From the NCBI GenBank assembly GCA_964493885.1, contig CAZBPV010000003.1, positions 7,831 to 71,830 on the forward strand: DNA of 64,000 nucleotides, written 5' to 3'. Below, piece after piece: positions 1-8,656 of the stretch (position 1 is the stretch's first letter; each line of letters begins with the position of its first letter). Both the position numbers and the translations under genes were made by a program. Below the pieces are notes generated by a model. The model made no database searches. It was not told the origin of the DNA and was given only the letters and a program-made list of their open reading frames with translations. The DNA comes from Candidatus Woesearchaeota archaeon (GTDB lineage Archaea > Nanobdellota > Nanobdellia > Pacearchaeales > GW2011-AR1).

Positions 1-1
1 A

Positions 2-703
2 AAAGAAGAAGTTTGTGAGATTTTTGAGATAAAGAAAGATGGAAAAGAAGAGACAAAGAAAATATGTGAAGAAGTAAAATCAGAAAAATCCACAAAAGAA
101 GAAGTAAAATCCTATAATAAATTACTTAGAAATATTCTTATTGGATTAGGGATTATTGTAATCCTAATAATAGTTGGAATTTATTTTATTAACTCAGTAA
201 AATACTTTAGTTACAGAGGGATAGAAGGAGAGGTTGTAAAAGAAGGGAACTTAATATTTTATAGAATTCCCATACCCTTTATTTTAAATGGAAAAGAAGT
301 AGAATATAATATCTATATTAGAAATCCTCCAAAAGAATTAGAAAAGGTTCCTTTTGAAGGGGAGATATTTTCTTACAATAATTTAGCAAAGTTTGATGAT
401 AATTCTTATCGTATGATAATTAATGTGACAGGGAATTTTGATTGTGATGGAAAAGAGTTAATTGCTATTGGGAATTTAATTAATCTTAAGGCAATAAGAA
501 TAAAAGTAATGAGAGATGCTAATGCTAGTTGTGATGAACAGGGAAGATATATCTATCTAGATATAAAAGAATCTGATACATCAGGAATAAAACAAACAGG
601 AAAGGCGTGTTATGAGTTGAATATTGCTAAATGTGAGATTCTTCAAGTAACAGAGAAGTTTATGGTTGAGTCTATTGTTAAGTATTTAGAATTAACATCT
701 TAA
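2..703 (+). CDS. Hypothetical membrane-anchored protein, 5' end outside window
   Basis: Frame is open from the window edge to the stop at 701-703; the track only shows the internal Met at 413. One hydrophobic helix (ILIGLGIIVILIIVGIYFI) is followed by a Cys-containing soluble domain. Confidence 0.5.
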   Translation, partial: KEEVCEIFEIKKDGKEETKKICEEVKSEKSTKEEVKSYNKLLRNILIGLGIIVILIIVGIYFINSVKYFSYRGIEGEVVKEGNLIFYRIPIPFILNGKEVEYNIYIRNPPKELEKVPFEGEIFSYNNLAKFDDNSYRMIINVTGNFDCDGKELIAIGNLINLKAIRIKVMRDANASCDEQGRYIYLDIKESDTSGIKQTGKACYELNIAKCEILQVTEKFMVESIVKYLELTS

Positions 704-704
704 A

Positions 705-1184
705 ATGGATTTGCGGCTTCTTTATGCAATTCTTTTAACCATTGCCCCAGTAACAGAGCTTAGAATTGGGCTTCCATTAGCAATAAAATACTCTATTGAT
801 AATAATGTCCCATGGATTTTCTGCTTTTTATTAATTATATTTGTGAATATCTTACTTGTTTTTTTTGTTTTCCTTATATTAGATAGGGTTTATTTATTAT
901 TTAAACACTCAGAAATATATCAGAGATTTGTTTCAGCTTATATTAAAAAATTCAGAACAAGAATAAATAATTTTGAAAAAAAGCATAATCAAATAGGATT
1001 CTATGCTTTAATGCTGTTTGTGGCTGTTCCTTTTCCAGGGACAGGAGCTTGGAGTGGCTGCATACTCTCCTGGATTTTAGGATTGGATAGAAAGAAGAGT
1101 ACAATGGCAATTATTGCTGGTGTGATGATTGCAGGAATTTTAGTATTGCTTGCAAGCCTTGGGGTTATCTCCTTGTTTTCTTAA
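705..1184 (+). CDS. Small polytopic membrane protein, resembles the putative small multidrug-export family (PF06695-like)
   Basis: 159 aa with 4 predicted TM helices and an N-terminal TELRIGLP motif. Family assignment is from memory only. Confidence 0.4.
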   Translation: MDLRLLYAILLTIAPVTELRIGLPLAIKYSIDNNVPWIFCFLLIIFVNILLVFFVFLILDRVYLLFKHSEIYQRFVSAYIKKFRTRINNFEKKHNQIGFYALMLFVAVPFPGTGAWSGCILSWILGLDRKKSTMAIIAGVMIAGILVLLASLGVISLFS

Positions 1185-1701
1185 AGATAGATTTTTTATA
1201 CAAAGAGAGGATATCTGTATAAATTGGTATCTCCTTAATTTTGAATAATTTTGTTTCTAAAAACCAGATTAAAACTACAAAAAATGTACTAAGCAGATAC
1301 CAAAAGAGCTTGTGAGTTAAGTTAAATAAAAATGCTCCATAAAAAAGAAGAAGGATTAAAAATAGTATTCTAAGAATATTTGCAAATAATAATAATAATA
1401 AAAAAGAAAAAAGGAGCATATTAGCTCTTTTTTTTAAGCTTATGTTTGGGATAGATAGATTAAGGAAAAATAATAAATAATATGCAGAGCCAGCAACACA
1501 GGCTGGAATTATTTCTATGCTAAAGTCAGTAAATAAAAGAAAATTGCCAGTTAAAGTTACATCTGAGAAGATATTTAAGATAAAATAGAGAGTGTAAATA
1601 GTTAGAGGTGTAAAGATAAAATAAAATATATATAAATTTGGGAGTGCAACAAGCACTATTAGAAGATATCTAATTATTAGGCTTTTATATTCCTCTTTCA
1701 T
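1165..1701 (-). CDS. Candidate archaeosortase/exosortase-family (ArtE-like) membrane protein
   Basis: 178 aa polytopic membrane protein with Cys (IPACVAGS) about 43 aa upstream of an N-x-x-R motif (ANILRI); this is the same order and spacing as Cys173/Arg214 of ArtA. It lies adjacent to a secreted protein with a C-terminal TM plus basic tail. Confidence 0.35.
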   Translation of the reverse strand: MKEEYKSLIIRYLLIVLVALPNLYIFYFIFTPLTIYTLYFILNIFSDVTLTGNFLLFTDFSIEIIPACVAGSAYYLLFFLNLSIPNISLKKRANMLLFSFLLLLLFANILRILFLILLLFYGAFLFNLTHKLFWYLLSTFFVVLIWFLETKLFKIKEIPIYTDILSLYKKSIFKKTRR

Positions 1702-1817
1702 AAGAATGAATAGAAAATTACATTTAATTATTTTGAGGTTAGAATAATCCTAAAACAAAATCAAGTAATTCTTTTAAAATTGAATAGTATGCCATATTAA
1801 GAAATAAAGATTAAAAT

Positions 1818-3482
1818 TTATCTTCTAGTAACCTTAAGTGCTACAATAATTATAATTATAATAAGCACTATGTTTACAATTGCAATTCCCCAAAGATATG
1901 CATTATCTCCTAATAATCCAGAGAAGCTAAATCCTTGCTCTATTGTAACTGCAACTGGTTGTGTGATAGATTCTCCATCACTTGATGTTAATACAATATT
2001 AAGATTTTGATTTTCTTTAGCATCACTATCTACTTTTAGTGTTATCATAACATCCTTAGATTCATCTGAATTAAGAGTTAAGCTTGAAGGTTCAATGCTT
2101 ACTAATTCAGCCCAGCTTGAATAGTCAGATGCTGAAATAGTAAAAGTATCCTTTAAATCTGCGTTATTTGTAACTGTAGCCTTAATCTTTAATTCTTGTC
2201 CAGCTTTTCCACCAGATTCAAGACTAGCATAAACTACTGCATTTGGAACTCTGTTGCAATTTCCGCTTACATCTAGTGTTAAGTAGTACTGAGATTCATC
2301 ATTATCAGAATTTTCATAGATATCACCATCTTCATCATAAACTTCTAAATTAATAGAGTATTTTTTTTCCTGAGCATTTGAAGGAATTGTAAACTCAAAG
2401 TTAAGTTTCTTATCATCAAAAGCATCAATATCTCCAACTTCTGCTTTTTGATTTATTCCAAGTTCAGAGTTAGAAATTAATATATAAACATCTTCTTGGT
2501 CATCTTCTCCAATATTAAAGATATCTGCAGTAATCTGGATAGTATTCCCACATAAAGGTGTTCCAGTCACTTTAATATCATTAAGTACAACATAATCATC
2601 TTCAACAATAATAGAAACTTTCTCTGTTTTATAGATGCAAGTTTCTGAATCACTAGCATCATCTACATCTCCAGTAGCTCTAACATATAATATGTAATCC
2701 CCATCTTCAAGTTCATCAAAATCAATATCTAAGTCATCGTATAAATCAAAAGTAAATGTTACTGTTTCCTCTTCTCCATCATTTAAATTAAAATCTTCTT
2801 CTTCTTGCATCTCAATAACCCATTCATCAGTCTCTTCACTCCAAAGCCCCCATTCAACAACTACATTATCTATATCATCATCTCCATCATTTTCAACAAT
2901 AACTTCAACTTCAATCTCATCAGCAGGGTACCACTCATCATCTTGTCCAATGCCATTATTATTTACATTATCTATTTTTAATTTAAGATCTCCAGGATTT
3001 GAGACATTTGTATCTCTTTCAAATCCACAGAAGTTAAATTCATCTGAGCTTGAATTTGAAGATACAACAATTGAAACTGGGACAGTATAATTAGTAGCAA
3101 TTGTGTAAGTTCCTTCAAAAGTTAAATTTCCTGTGTAAGTTCCTGTAGCTTGTGCTGAAGGGATAACAACTTCCAAAGTAATGCTGTCATTGTCTAATCC
3201 TTCTAAATAATCTGGAACTCCAACAAGACTTAGATTTGAAGCAGCTAAAGTATTTGAACCTGAAGTAAGAGCTACTATATAACTAGTAATTGCAGTCATA
3301 TTTTGAGTAGCAGTATTATTAATTACAAAGTTAATGCTAATTGTTGTTCCTTGATTTCCACTTCCACTTAAGGAAGCTGGGTTAAAATTCATTGCCGCAC
3401 TAGCAAATCCAAGGCTAACAAATAGAATTGTTGCAAAGATACATAACAAACCGAATGTTTTTGCTTTCATTTTCATTGTCAC
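1818..3482 (-). CDS. Secreted, highly acidic cell-surface protein (S-layer/adhesin-like) with C-terminal TM anchor and basic tail
   Basis: N-terminal signal peptide (MKAKTFGLLCIFATILFVSLGFASA), long Asp/Glu-rich beta-rich domains, and a C-terminus GFSFSGLLG...IVLIIIIIIVALKVTRR (motif, TM, RR). Confidence 0.75.
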   Translation of the reverse strand: MTMKMKAKTFGLLCIFATILFVSLGFASAAMNFNPASLSGSGNQGTTISINFVINNTATQNMTAITSYIVALTSGSNTLAASNLSLVGVPDYLEGLDNDSITLEVVIPSAQATGTYTGNLTFEGTYTIATNYTVPVSIVVSSNSSSDEFNFCGFERDTNVSNPGDLKLKIDNVNNNGIGQDDEWYPADEIEVEVIVENDGDDDIDNVVVEWGLWSEETDEWVIEMQEEEDFNLNDGEEETVTFTFDLYDDLDIDFDELEDGDYILYVRATGDVDDASDSETCIYKTEKVSIIVEDDYVVLNDIKVTGTPLCGNTIQITADIFNIGEDDQEDVYILISNSELGINQKAEVGDIDAFDDKKLNFEFTIPSNAQEKKYSINLEVYDEDGDIYENSDNDESQYYLTLDVSGNCNRVPNAVVYASLESGGKAGQELKIKATVTNNADLKDTFTISASDYSSWAELVSIEPSSLTLNSDESKDVMITLKVDSDAKENQNLNIVLTSSDGESITQPVAVTIEQGFSFSGLLGDNAYLWGIAIVNIVLIIIIIIVALKVTRR

Positions 3483-3586
3483 TTCAGAGTTACTATGGTT
3501 TATAAACTTTTCTGTATTATAAAATATAACTAATTTTTGGTGGTTTCAAAAGATTTATATAGAAAAAAGGATATGTTTTATTATCG

Positions 3587-3979
3587 GTGGAAAAGATGTT
3601 AAAATCACATGAAAATTCTGTTGGTGCATGGGCTTTTCTTATTGGAGTAATTCTTGCATTAGTAATAGGGCTTTTTACTACATTGCTTCCTATCCCAGCA
3701 CTGATTAAATATAGTGCATATATTTACGGGATTCTTGTTTTACTTGGAATAGTTGTTGGAATAATGATAGTAAGAGGAAAAGACTCTCAAACAGTTCTTA
3801 TTGCTGGATTAATAATAGTGATTGTTAGTCAATTTGGAAAACAAAGTGTTAGTGGTTCACTAATTGGAATTGGATTAGATGATATGGTTAGTTCAATATT
3901 TACATCATTGCTAGCCTTATTTGTTCCAGCAACAATAATAATAGCACTAAAAACAGTATTTTCAATTGCTAAGGTTTGA
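3587..3979 (+). CDS. Hypothetical membrane protein (4 TM)
   Basis: 130 aa, hydrophobic throughout, no recognised motif. Confidence 0.5.
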   Translation: MEKMLKSHENSVGAWAFLIGVILALVIGLFTTLLPIPALIKYSAYIYGILVLLGIVVGIMIVRGKDSQTVLIAGLIIVIVSQFGKQSVSGSLIGIGLDDMVSSIFTSLLALFVPATIIIALKTVFSIAKV

Positions 3980-4170
3980 ATCTAATTTATCTATATTAAT
4001 AATAGATGGGTCATCCATATCTAATCTAAGCTAAAACTTATCAGTTTTGCAATAGTTTATCTATATTAATTACACTGCTATCCATATCTAATCTAAGCTA
4101 AAACTTATTAGTTTTGCAATAGTTTATCTATATTAATTACACTGCTATCCATATCTAATCTAGGGCAGGC
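3980..4170. repeat. Tandem direct repeat, about 67-bp unit x about 2.7 copies
   Basis: The unit tatccatatctaatctaagctaaaacttatcagttttgcaatagtttatctatattaattacactgc occurs at 4011-4078 and 4079-4145 (1-2 mismatches). There is a partial copy at 4146-4170 and a fragment at 3980-4010. Confidence 0.9.
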
Positions 4171-4719
4171 TGTATTCACCCAAGAACTTAAGCCAAAATT
4201 CTCAAATTCTTGCCTATTTATATTATTAGATAAGAAAAGATAGGATTTCTTATTGCATTTTTTAGCAAACTCAAGAGCTGTTTTTATTTTATTCTGCCCA
4301 GACTTTGTTGATATAATTATTCCTATTTTATTAGAATTAAGAAATTTTAAATAAGCAGCTTTTTGTTTTTTTTCTATAATTTCTACATCAGTCTTTGATA
4401 TTTTATCTAGACTATCTCTATTTAATATAAACACAGGTAATTTTGTTTTATATGCTAAGGAAATTGCATGAAATTTTCCTGAACCAACCAAAAGTATTGC
4501 ATTTGCATTTTCAGGAATATTTGGATTAGAACAGCCTAAAACCTGGATAAACTTAACTATATTGTGTGATTTAAGAATAGTTTTAATTTCTTCTGCTATT
4601 TTCTTAAATTGTATAGAGTAAGCAATAATTAAATTCTTAGGGAGCTGTTTAGATAACTCAAGTATCTTTGATTTATTTACTTTTAAATTAGATTTTGCTT
4701 CAATGTATAGTGTTTTCAT
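4108..4719 (-). CDS. Diphthamide synthase Dph2-family-like protein (short, possibly truncated)
   Basis: 203 aa with VGSGKFH and WVNTACPRL motifs reminiscent of PF01866. The last 17 codons and the stop lie inside the tandem repeat. Confidence 0.45.
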   Translation of the reverse strand: MKTLYIEAKSNLKVNKSKILELSKQLPKNLIIAYSIQFKKIAEEIKTILKSHNIVKFIQVLGCSNPNIPENANAILLVGSGKFHAISLAYKTKLPVFILNRDSLDKISKTDVEIIEKKQKAAYLKFLNSNKIGIIISTKSGQNKIKTALEFAKKCNKKSYLFLSNNINRQEFENFGLSSWVNTACPRLDMDSSVINIDKLLQN

Positions 4720-4740
4720 AGAAATAATCTAAAATAGTCC

Positions 4741-5136
4741 TTAATAAAACTTGTCTTCAAATTCTTTTTTTGGCTGTTCTGTTGCAACATGCTTTTCAAT
4801 CTTAGCAAAAGAAGGGGTAATAATAACAATATTCTCGTGTCCTGCAATATTTCCTTCAAGAGCATCAACAGTCTTTTTTATTTTAGAAATTGCTCTTTTG
4901 AGTTCAATAGGATCTTTTTGTTTTAAAATCCTAAAGTCAACTATTGCAATAGTATAACCTTCTCTTAAAGAATTAAGAATATTATTAACATCATCGTATT
5001 GTTTAAGAACAAAAACCTTAACAAGAACCTTATTTTCTTTTGCTTCTTTTTCTAAATCAATCTCCAAGTAATCCTCTCCAACAGGCTCACTTTTGAATGT
5101 GTTTGAAAATGCCTCTCTTATCCTTTTAAAAACCAT
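4741..5136 (-). CDS. sepF: Archaeal SepF-like cell-division protein (DUF552)
   Basis: 131 aa with an N-terminal amphipathic segment and a C-terminal SepF-like core (VLVKVFVLKQYDD...YTIAIVDFR). FtsZ is encoded in the same window. Confidence 0.65.
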   Translation of the reverse strand: MVFKRIREAFSNTFKSEPVGEDYLEIDLEKEAKENKVLVKVFVLKQYDDVNNILNSLREGYTIAIVDFRILKQKDPIELKRAISKIKKTVDALEGNIAGHENIVIITPSFAKIEKHVATEQPKKEFEDKFY

Positions 5137-5200
5137 AGTTAATTCAAATGTGAGAGATTTATAAAGATTTCGTAACTTTTTTGTATATTTAGAAGTAAGA

Positions 5201-5524
5201 TTATTTTTTCTCTTGCAACTTAACTATTTGTTCCTGTATCTCTTCTATTTTCTTTGCAAAAGAAGATTCTTGCTTTTCAATAGTCTTTATTCTCATTTCA
5301 AGAATTTTTTTCTTATTCTCTAACTCTTCTTTTACCTTAGATTTTTTTGTTTTAATCATTAATTGCCCGATAATCTTAAACACCTCTTCTCCTGCATTAT
5401 TAATTTCATTTAAAGCTGAGTCAGTCTCAGAAAGTTCTAATTGAAATGCTTGCTTTTGAAAAATAAGATTTTGGATATTTTGCTCCAAAAATTGCAATTC
5501 CTGGATTTTAGCATTAGATTCCAT
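5201..5524 (-). CDS. pfdB: Prefoldin beta subunit
   Basis: 107 aa coiled-coil - beta-hairpin - coiled-coil, in the conserved L37Ae-RpoP-PfdB arrangement. Confidence 0.8.
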   Translation of the reverse strand: MESNAKIQELQFLEQNIQNLIFQKQAFQLELSETDSALNEINNAGEEVFKIIGQLMIKTKKSKVKEELENKKKILEMRIKTIEKQESSFAKKIEEIQEQIVKLQEKK

Positions 5525-5661
5525 TATTCGGCTTTTATTTTTTTTACCTTATTTCTCGGCTTATAAAAGATTTTGCTTCCACAATACGGGCAAACAAATC
5601 TCTTATCAAGGTTAGTGCTTACTATCTTCTTTTCACACTTAAAACATTTGTATGATGGCAT
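5524..5661 (-). CDS. rpoP: DNA-directed RNA polymerase subunit P (Rpo12)
   Basis: Hand-found 45-aa ORF MPSYKCFKCEKKIVSTNLDKRFVCPYCGSKIFYKPRNKVKKIKAE (CxxC...CxxC zinc ribbon). Its TAATG stop/start overlaps pfdB. Not in the ORF track because it is under 60 aa. Confidence 0.7.
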   Translation of the reverse strand: MPSYKCFKCEKKIVSTNLDKRFVCPYCGSKIFYKPRNKVKKIKAE

Positions 5662-5666
5662 TTTAT

Positions 5667-5885
5667 TTATTCTCCTAGATAATAAACATCTGATGCAAAT
5701 TTTTTATTGCATCTGGTACATTTCCAGATTCCTTTTGAAAGTCTTTTAGCAGTTCTTTTGCAAAAAGGGCAGGATTGCTTTTTTCTTTGTTTTATTTCTA
5801 CTTGAACGAGTTTTGCTTTTACTGTTTTTCCGTATCTTGCTCCAAATCTTCCAGAAGATTTTACTTTTTTTGTTTTTGTTGTCAT
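5667..5885 (-). CDS. rpl37ae: Ribosomal protein L37Ae (eL43)
   Basis: GRFGARYGKTVK...CPFC...CTRC matches L37Ae. Confidence 0.9.
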   Translation of the reverse strand: MTTKTKKVKSSGRFGARYGKTVKAKLVQVEIKQRKKQSCPFCKRTAKRLSKGIWKCTRCNKKFASDVYYLGE

Positions 5886-5895
5886 GTTATTAAAA

Positions 5896-5968
5896 TGGGG
5901 CTGCCCGGATTTGAACCGGGGTCGTCAGGTCCCAAACCTGAAAGGCTACCAGGCTACCCCACAGCCCC
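5896..5968 (-). tRNA. tRNA-Pro (anticodon UGG)
   Basis: GC-rich 73-nt cloverleaf on the minus strand: acceptor GGGGCUG/CAGCCCC, anticodon loop UU-UGG-GA, T-loop GGTTCAAATCC, discriminator A, no encoded CCA. Confidence 0.85.
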
Positions 5969-6003
5969 CTAACGAAAAGATTAGCTTTAAAGAATTTATA
6001 AAA

Positions 6004-6711
6004 CTATTTCTTTTGTTCTGGTTTTTTTGATTCTGGCGAGGGTTTAGCAGCAGATGGGACAGGTGTTTCTCCAGGTTTGGCTTCTGCTCCTGGAGCAGCG
6101 GGAGCTGCAGCAGCAGCTTCAGCTGCAGCAGCAGCTGCAGCAGCTTGTTCCTGTTGCATTACCTTTTGCTGGCTAGATTGTAATTCTGCGAAGAATGCGT
6201 CAAGCATTTGTCTTTTTTCTGGAGGAGTTGTTATTGATTCTTCTTTAATTTCTTTATTATATTTACCTTCATCAATTTCCTGCCCAATTTCCTTAGGAGA
6301 TTTGTTTTCTATAATTATTCCTAAACTTGTACAGGTTCCGACTACAGACTTAACAGCAGCCTTTAAATCCCTTGCAAGCAAATTTGACATTTTTGTTTTA
6401 GCTATAGAAATTATTTGCTCAATAGAAGCATTTCCAATACATACTTTTTTTTGTGCTCCAGACCCTTTTTCAAGTTTTAGTTCTTTTTTTAATAATTCTG
6501 ATACTGGAGGTGAAAAAACTTTTACTTCAAATTGTTTTGTTCCAACATCAACATCTAATTCTACTGGAACTTTTAATCCCTTGAAATCTTTAGTAGCATC
6601 ATTAACTTTAGATATAACTTGCCCTATATTTATTCCAGCTGGCCCAAGCTTTTGACTAAGTGCAGGACCTGGCTGCATTGCTCCACCTTCAACTAAAAGT
6701 TTAATCTGCAT
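6004..6711 (-). CDS. rpl11: Ribosomal protein L11 (uL11) with about 70-aa Ala/Pro/Lys-rich C-terminal extension
   Basis: The N-terminal two-thirds match uL11 (PGPALSQKLGPAGINIGQVISKVN). The C-terminal tail QQEQAAAAAAAAEAAAAAPAAPGAEAKPGETPVPSAAKPSPESKKPEQKK is encoded by a locally GC-rich tract. Confidence 0.9.
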   Translation of the reverse strand: MQIKLLVEGGAMQPGPALSQKLGPAGINIGQVISKVNDATKDFKGLKVPVELDVDVGTKQFEVKVFSPPVSELLKKELKLEKGSGAQKKVCIGNASIEQIISIAKTKMSNLLARDLKAAVKSVVGTCTSLGIIIENKSPKEIGQEIDEGKYNKEIKEESITTPPEKRQMLDAFFAELQSSQQKVMQQEQAAAAAAAAEAAAAAPAAPGAEAKPGETPVPSAAKPSPESKKPEQKK

Positions 6712-7159
6712 TTTCTTCTCCTTCTTCTCTTCGGATTACTTTAACATTATCAATTTTTACTGTAACTGGCAATGGTACAACAGCACCAAGCAAGCTAACT
6801 ACTACTTCTTCTTTTTGTTTGTCTATTCTTAAAACTTTTGCTTTTTCTCCTTTAAGAGTAGAACCAATCATTTCAATAATATCTCCTTCTTGGATTGTAA
6901 TTGTGCTTGCTGATGGCTCAATCATCCCTTTAATCTCTTCGTAGGAGATAGTTTTGCCTATAATCCCTTTTATATATGGAAGATTAAAAACTGCTTCTTC
7001 AGCTGAATCTCTATCTTCTGCCTCTAGAATAATATACCCTCTAAGCCCGTGAGGATGTGAAACAGAATAAACATTAAGATTTTTCTTTTCAGATTTTTCA
7101 GCAATCATATCTATGGCTCTTTCTTCTTTATTTGTTGTGACTTTAATAATAAAAATCAT
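6701..7159 (-). CDS. spt5: Transcription elongation factor Spt5 (NusG homolog)
   Basis: NGN domain (MIFIIKVTTNKEERAIDMI) plus KOW (GDIIEMIGSTLKGEKAKV), with 11-nt overlap with rpl11. The track ORF begins 23 codons earlier (7228); Met24 matches the archaeal Spt5 N-terminus. Confidence 0.85.
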   Translation of the reverse strand: MIFIIKVTTNKEERAIDMIAEKSEKKNLNVYSVSHPHGLRGYIILEAEDRDSAEEAVFNLPYIKGIIGKTISYEEIKGMIEPSASTITIQEGDIIEMIGSTLKGEKAKVLRIDKQKEEVVVSLLGAVVPLPVTVKIDNVKVIRREEGEENAD

Positions 7160-7256
7160 TTTTTGTTTTCCTTTTGCTCTAGCCAAAAATATTTTTTGGC
7201 TTGCTTTGCTCCAGCTAAGATATAACATCTTAGAAAGATATATTTAGTTAAATATT

Positions 7257-8615
7257 TGGGTTTATAAGGATTTCGGAAAAAGAGAGTGTTAGATATTAGG
7301 GAGTTATCATCGTTTTCTCCTCTCCTGTTAAGTTGCGGGAGTTTTTTAGTTTTATTGAATTTAATAGCATAGTCTCCCACTTGTTACCTTGAACTCCAAT
7401 ACCACATTTATCTGCGGGTGTTAATCCTTGTCTTGAGTTTTTTCTCACGAAATTATGGAATACCTTAAAGCCATCTTGATAAGTCTGAACTTCTTTTACT
7501 CCTCTCCTTATCTTATGAAATTCTTTTTGTTGTGTGTGATGACTCTCTATTGCGTTATTATTCACTTCTTTTCTATGTCCTTTAATTGATGTAAATTTAA
7601 CCTTTCTCTCATTACCCCAATTTCTAAATGTCTTTCTGCAACCATCTTCATAACCTTTGTAGCCATCTACGATTATCTGAAATGGAATTTTTCCATTCTG
7701 CTTTAATGCCTCTGTAAAAACGTGCTGTGCATCTTTACTTTTTCTACTTCTGCCTGAACATTCAGAGGCAAGAAGAAATTTACTTTTGTTATCCATAACA
7801 TTCCAGACATAATCAAATTCAGTATTCGGATTTTTCTTGTCTTTTCCTCTCTTTGTTAAAATTAAAGTTTCGTCTGCGTTCCAAACTCCTTTAATTTTTG
7901 GTTGGATTGTTTCGCTGTATTTTTCCATTACTTCTGAAAATCTTAAAACCCATTCTCTTATAGTTACGTGAGAAATATTTAAGTTGTAAAATTGCTGGAA
8001 TTGGTGGCTTATATCTCTATAAGATAGCCCTCTATAATAACAATCCATAGCCAAACAGATAAGTTTAGCGTTTCCTTTAAGGTATTTGATTGGCTCTAAA
8101 ACAAATCTTTTATGACAATCCTTACATTCATACCTTTGTTTATCTCCTATTTGAGTTTTCCTTATTCCACTTTTTACTAAGTTTTCAGAATTACAAAAAG
8201 GGCATAACTCTTTTTGTGGCTTATCTACAATTAATTCTATTTCTTTTCTTATTGGGCTTTCTTCTACTTCATAAGCATTTTTCAGCTTTTCAAATAAGAT
8301 TATAGCTTTAATGTGTTTGCAGTATAAACCTTGTCCTTTACATCTTAATTCAAAATCCTTACAATTACAGGAATAACTATCAAAATGAGTAACTTGATAT
8401 TTCTTACTACTATCAAATTGAGATGGAACTAAATAAGTATTTTCGTCTAAACATTCAGGGTTTCCTATTTGTAAAATAGCTTTTGCTCTTTCTTCTCTGT
8501 TGTCTGCGAATTGTTTAATGTCGTTTGTTGTTTCCATTTTATATTAGTTAATACCTAATTATATTAAGGAATAGCTAATATATAAACCTTTCGGTTTTAA
8601 GGGAAAGGGTTTATA
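7257..8615 (-). mobile_element. IS6-family insertion sequence (boundaries approximate)
   Basis: Contains the IS26-like transposase below. Short GGTTTATA repeats lie near both ends (7259 and 8578/8607, one inverted); exact IRs and target-site duplication are unresolved. Confidence 0.5.
7296..8537 (-). CDS. IS6-family DDE transposase with N-terminal SWIM zinc finger and CxxC zinc ribbon
   Basis: The C-terminal 240 aa align motif-by-motif with IS26 Tnp (SYRD..HVTIREWVLRFSEVMEK, WNADET, IIVDGYKGY, NNAIESHH). The N-terminus has CNCKDF...CKH (SWIM) and CPFC...CKDC. Confidence 0.85.
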   Translation of the reverse strand: METTNDIKQFADNREERAKAILQIGNPECLDENTYLVPSQFDSSKKYQVTHFDSYSCNCKDFELRCKGQGLYCKHIKAIILFEKLKNAYEVEESPIRKEIELIVDKPQKELCPFCNSENLVKSGIRKTQIGDKQRYECKDCHKRFVLEPIKYLKGNAKLICLAMDCYYRGLSYRDISHQFQQFYNLNISHVTIREWVLRFSEVMEKYSETIQPKIKGVWNADETLILTKRGKDKKNPNTEFDYVWNVMDNKSKFLLASECSGRSRKSKDAQHVFTEALKQNGKIPFQIIVDGYKGYEDGCRKTFRNWGNERKVKFTSIKGHRKEVNNNAIESHHTQQKEFHKIRRGVKEVQTYQDGFKVFHNFVRKNSRQGLTPADKCGIGVQGNKWETMLLNSIKLKNSRNLTGEEKTMITP

Positions 8616-8656
8616 TAGCATTTTTACTCCTTAAATAAGGTATATTTGGGGTAAAT

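Noticed and set aside
1165-1701. The 178-aa membrane ORF considered as rhomboid or CPBP (CAAX) protease
   Set aside because: It lacks the GxSG/His rhomboid dyad and the EExxxR/FxxxH CPBP motifs; the Cys...NxxR arrangement fits archaeosortase better.
3980-4170. Tandem repeats at 3980-4170, 14885-15023 and 24699-24812 considered as CRISPR arrays
   Set aside because: Units abut directly with no unique spacers, there are only 2-3 copies, and no cas genes are present; they are simple tandem duplications.
5775-5972. 65-aa plus-strand ORF
   Set aside because: It overlaps tRNA-Pro and is antisense to the L37Ae gene; a product of the GC-rich tRNA sequence.
6077-6655. 192-aa plus-strand ORF rich in Ala/Ser
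   Set aside because: Antisense to rpl11, whose homology is unambiguous; the open frame is a by-product of the GC-rich Ala-codon tract.
7156-7380. 74-aa minus-strand ORF upstream of spt5 considered as secE
   Set aside because: It has no TM helix and overlaps the IS end and the transposase 3' end. The real SecE-like ORF was found at 13557-13682.
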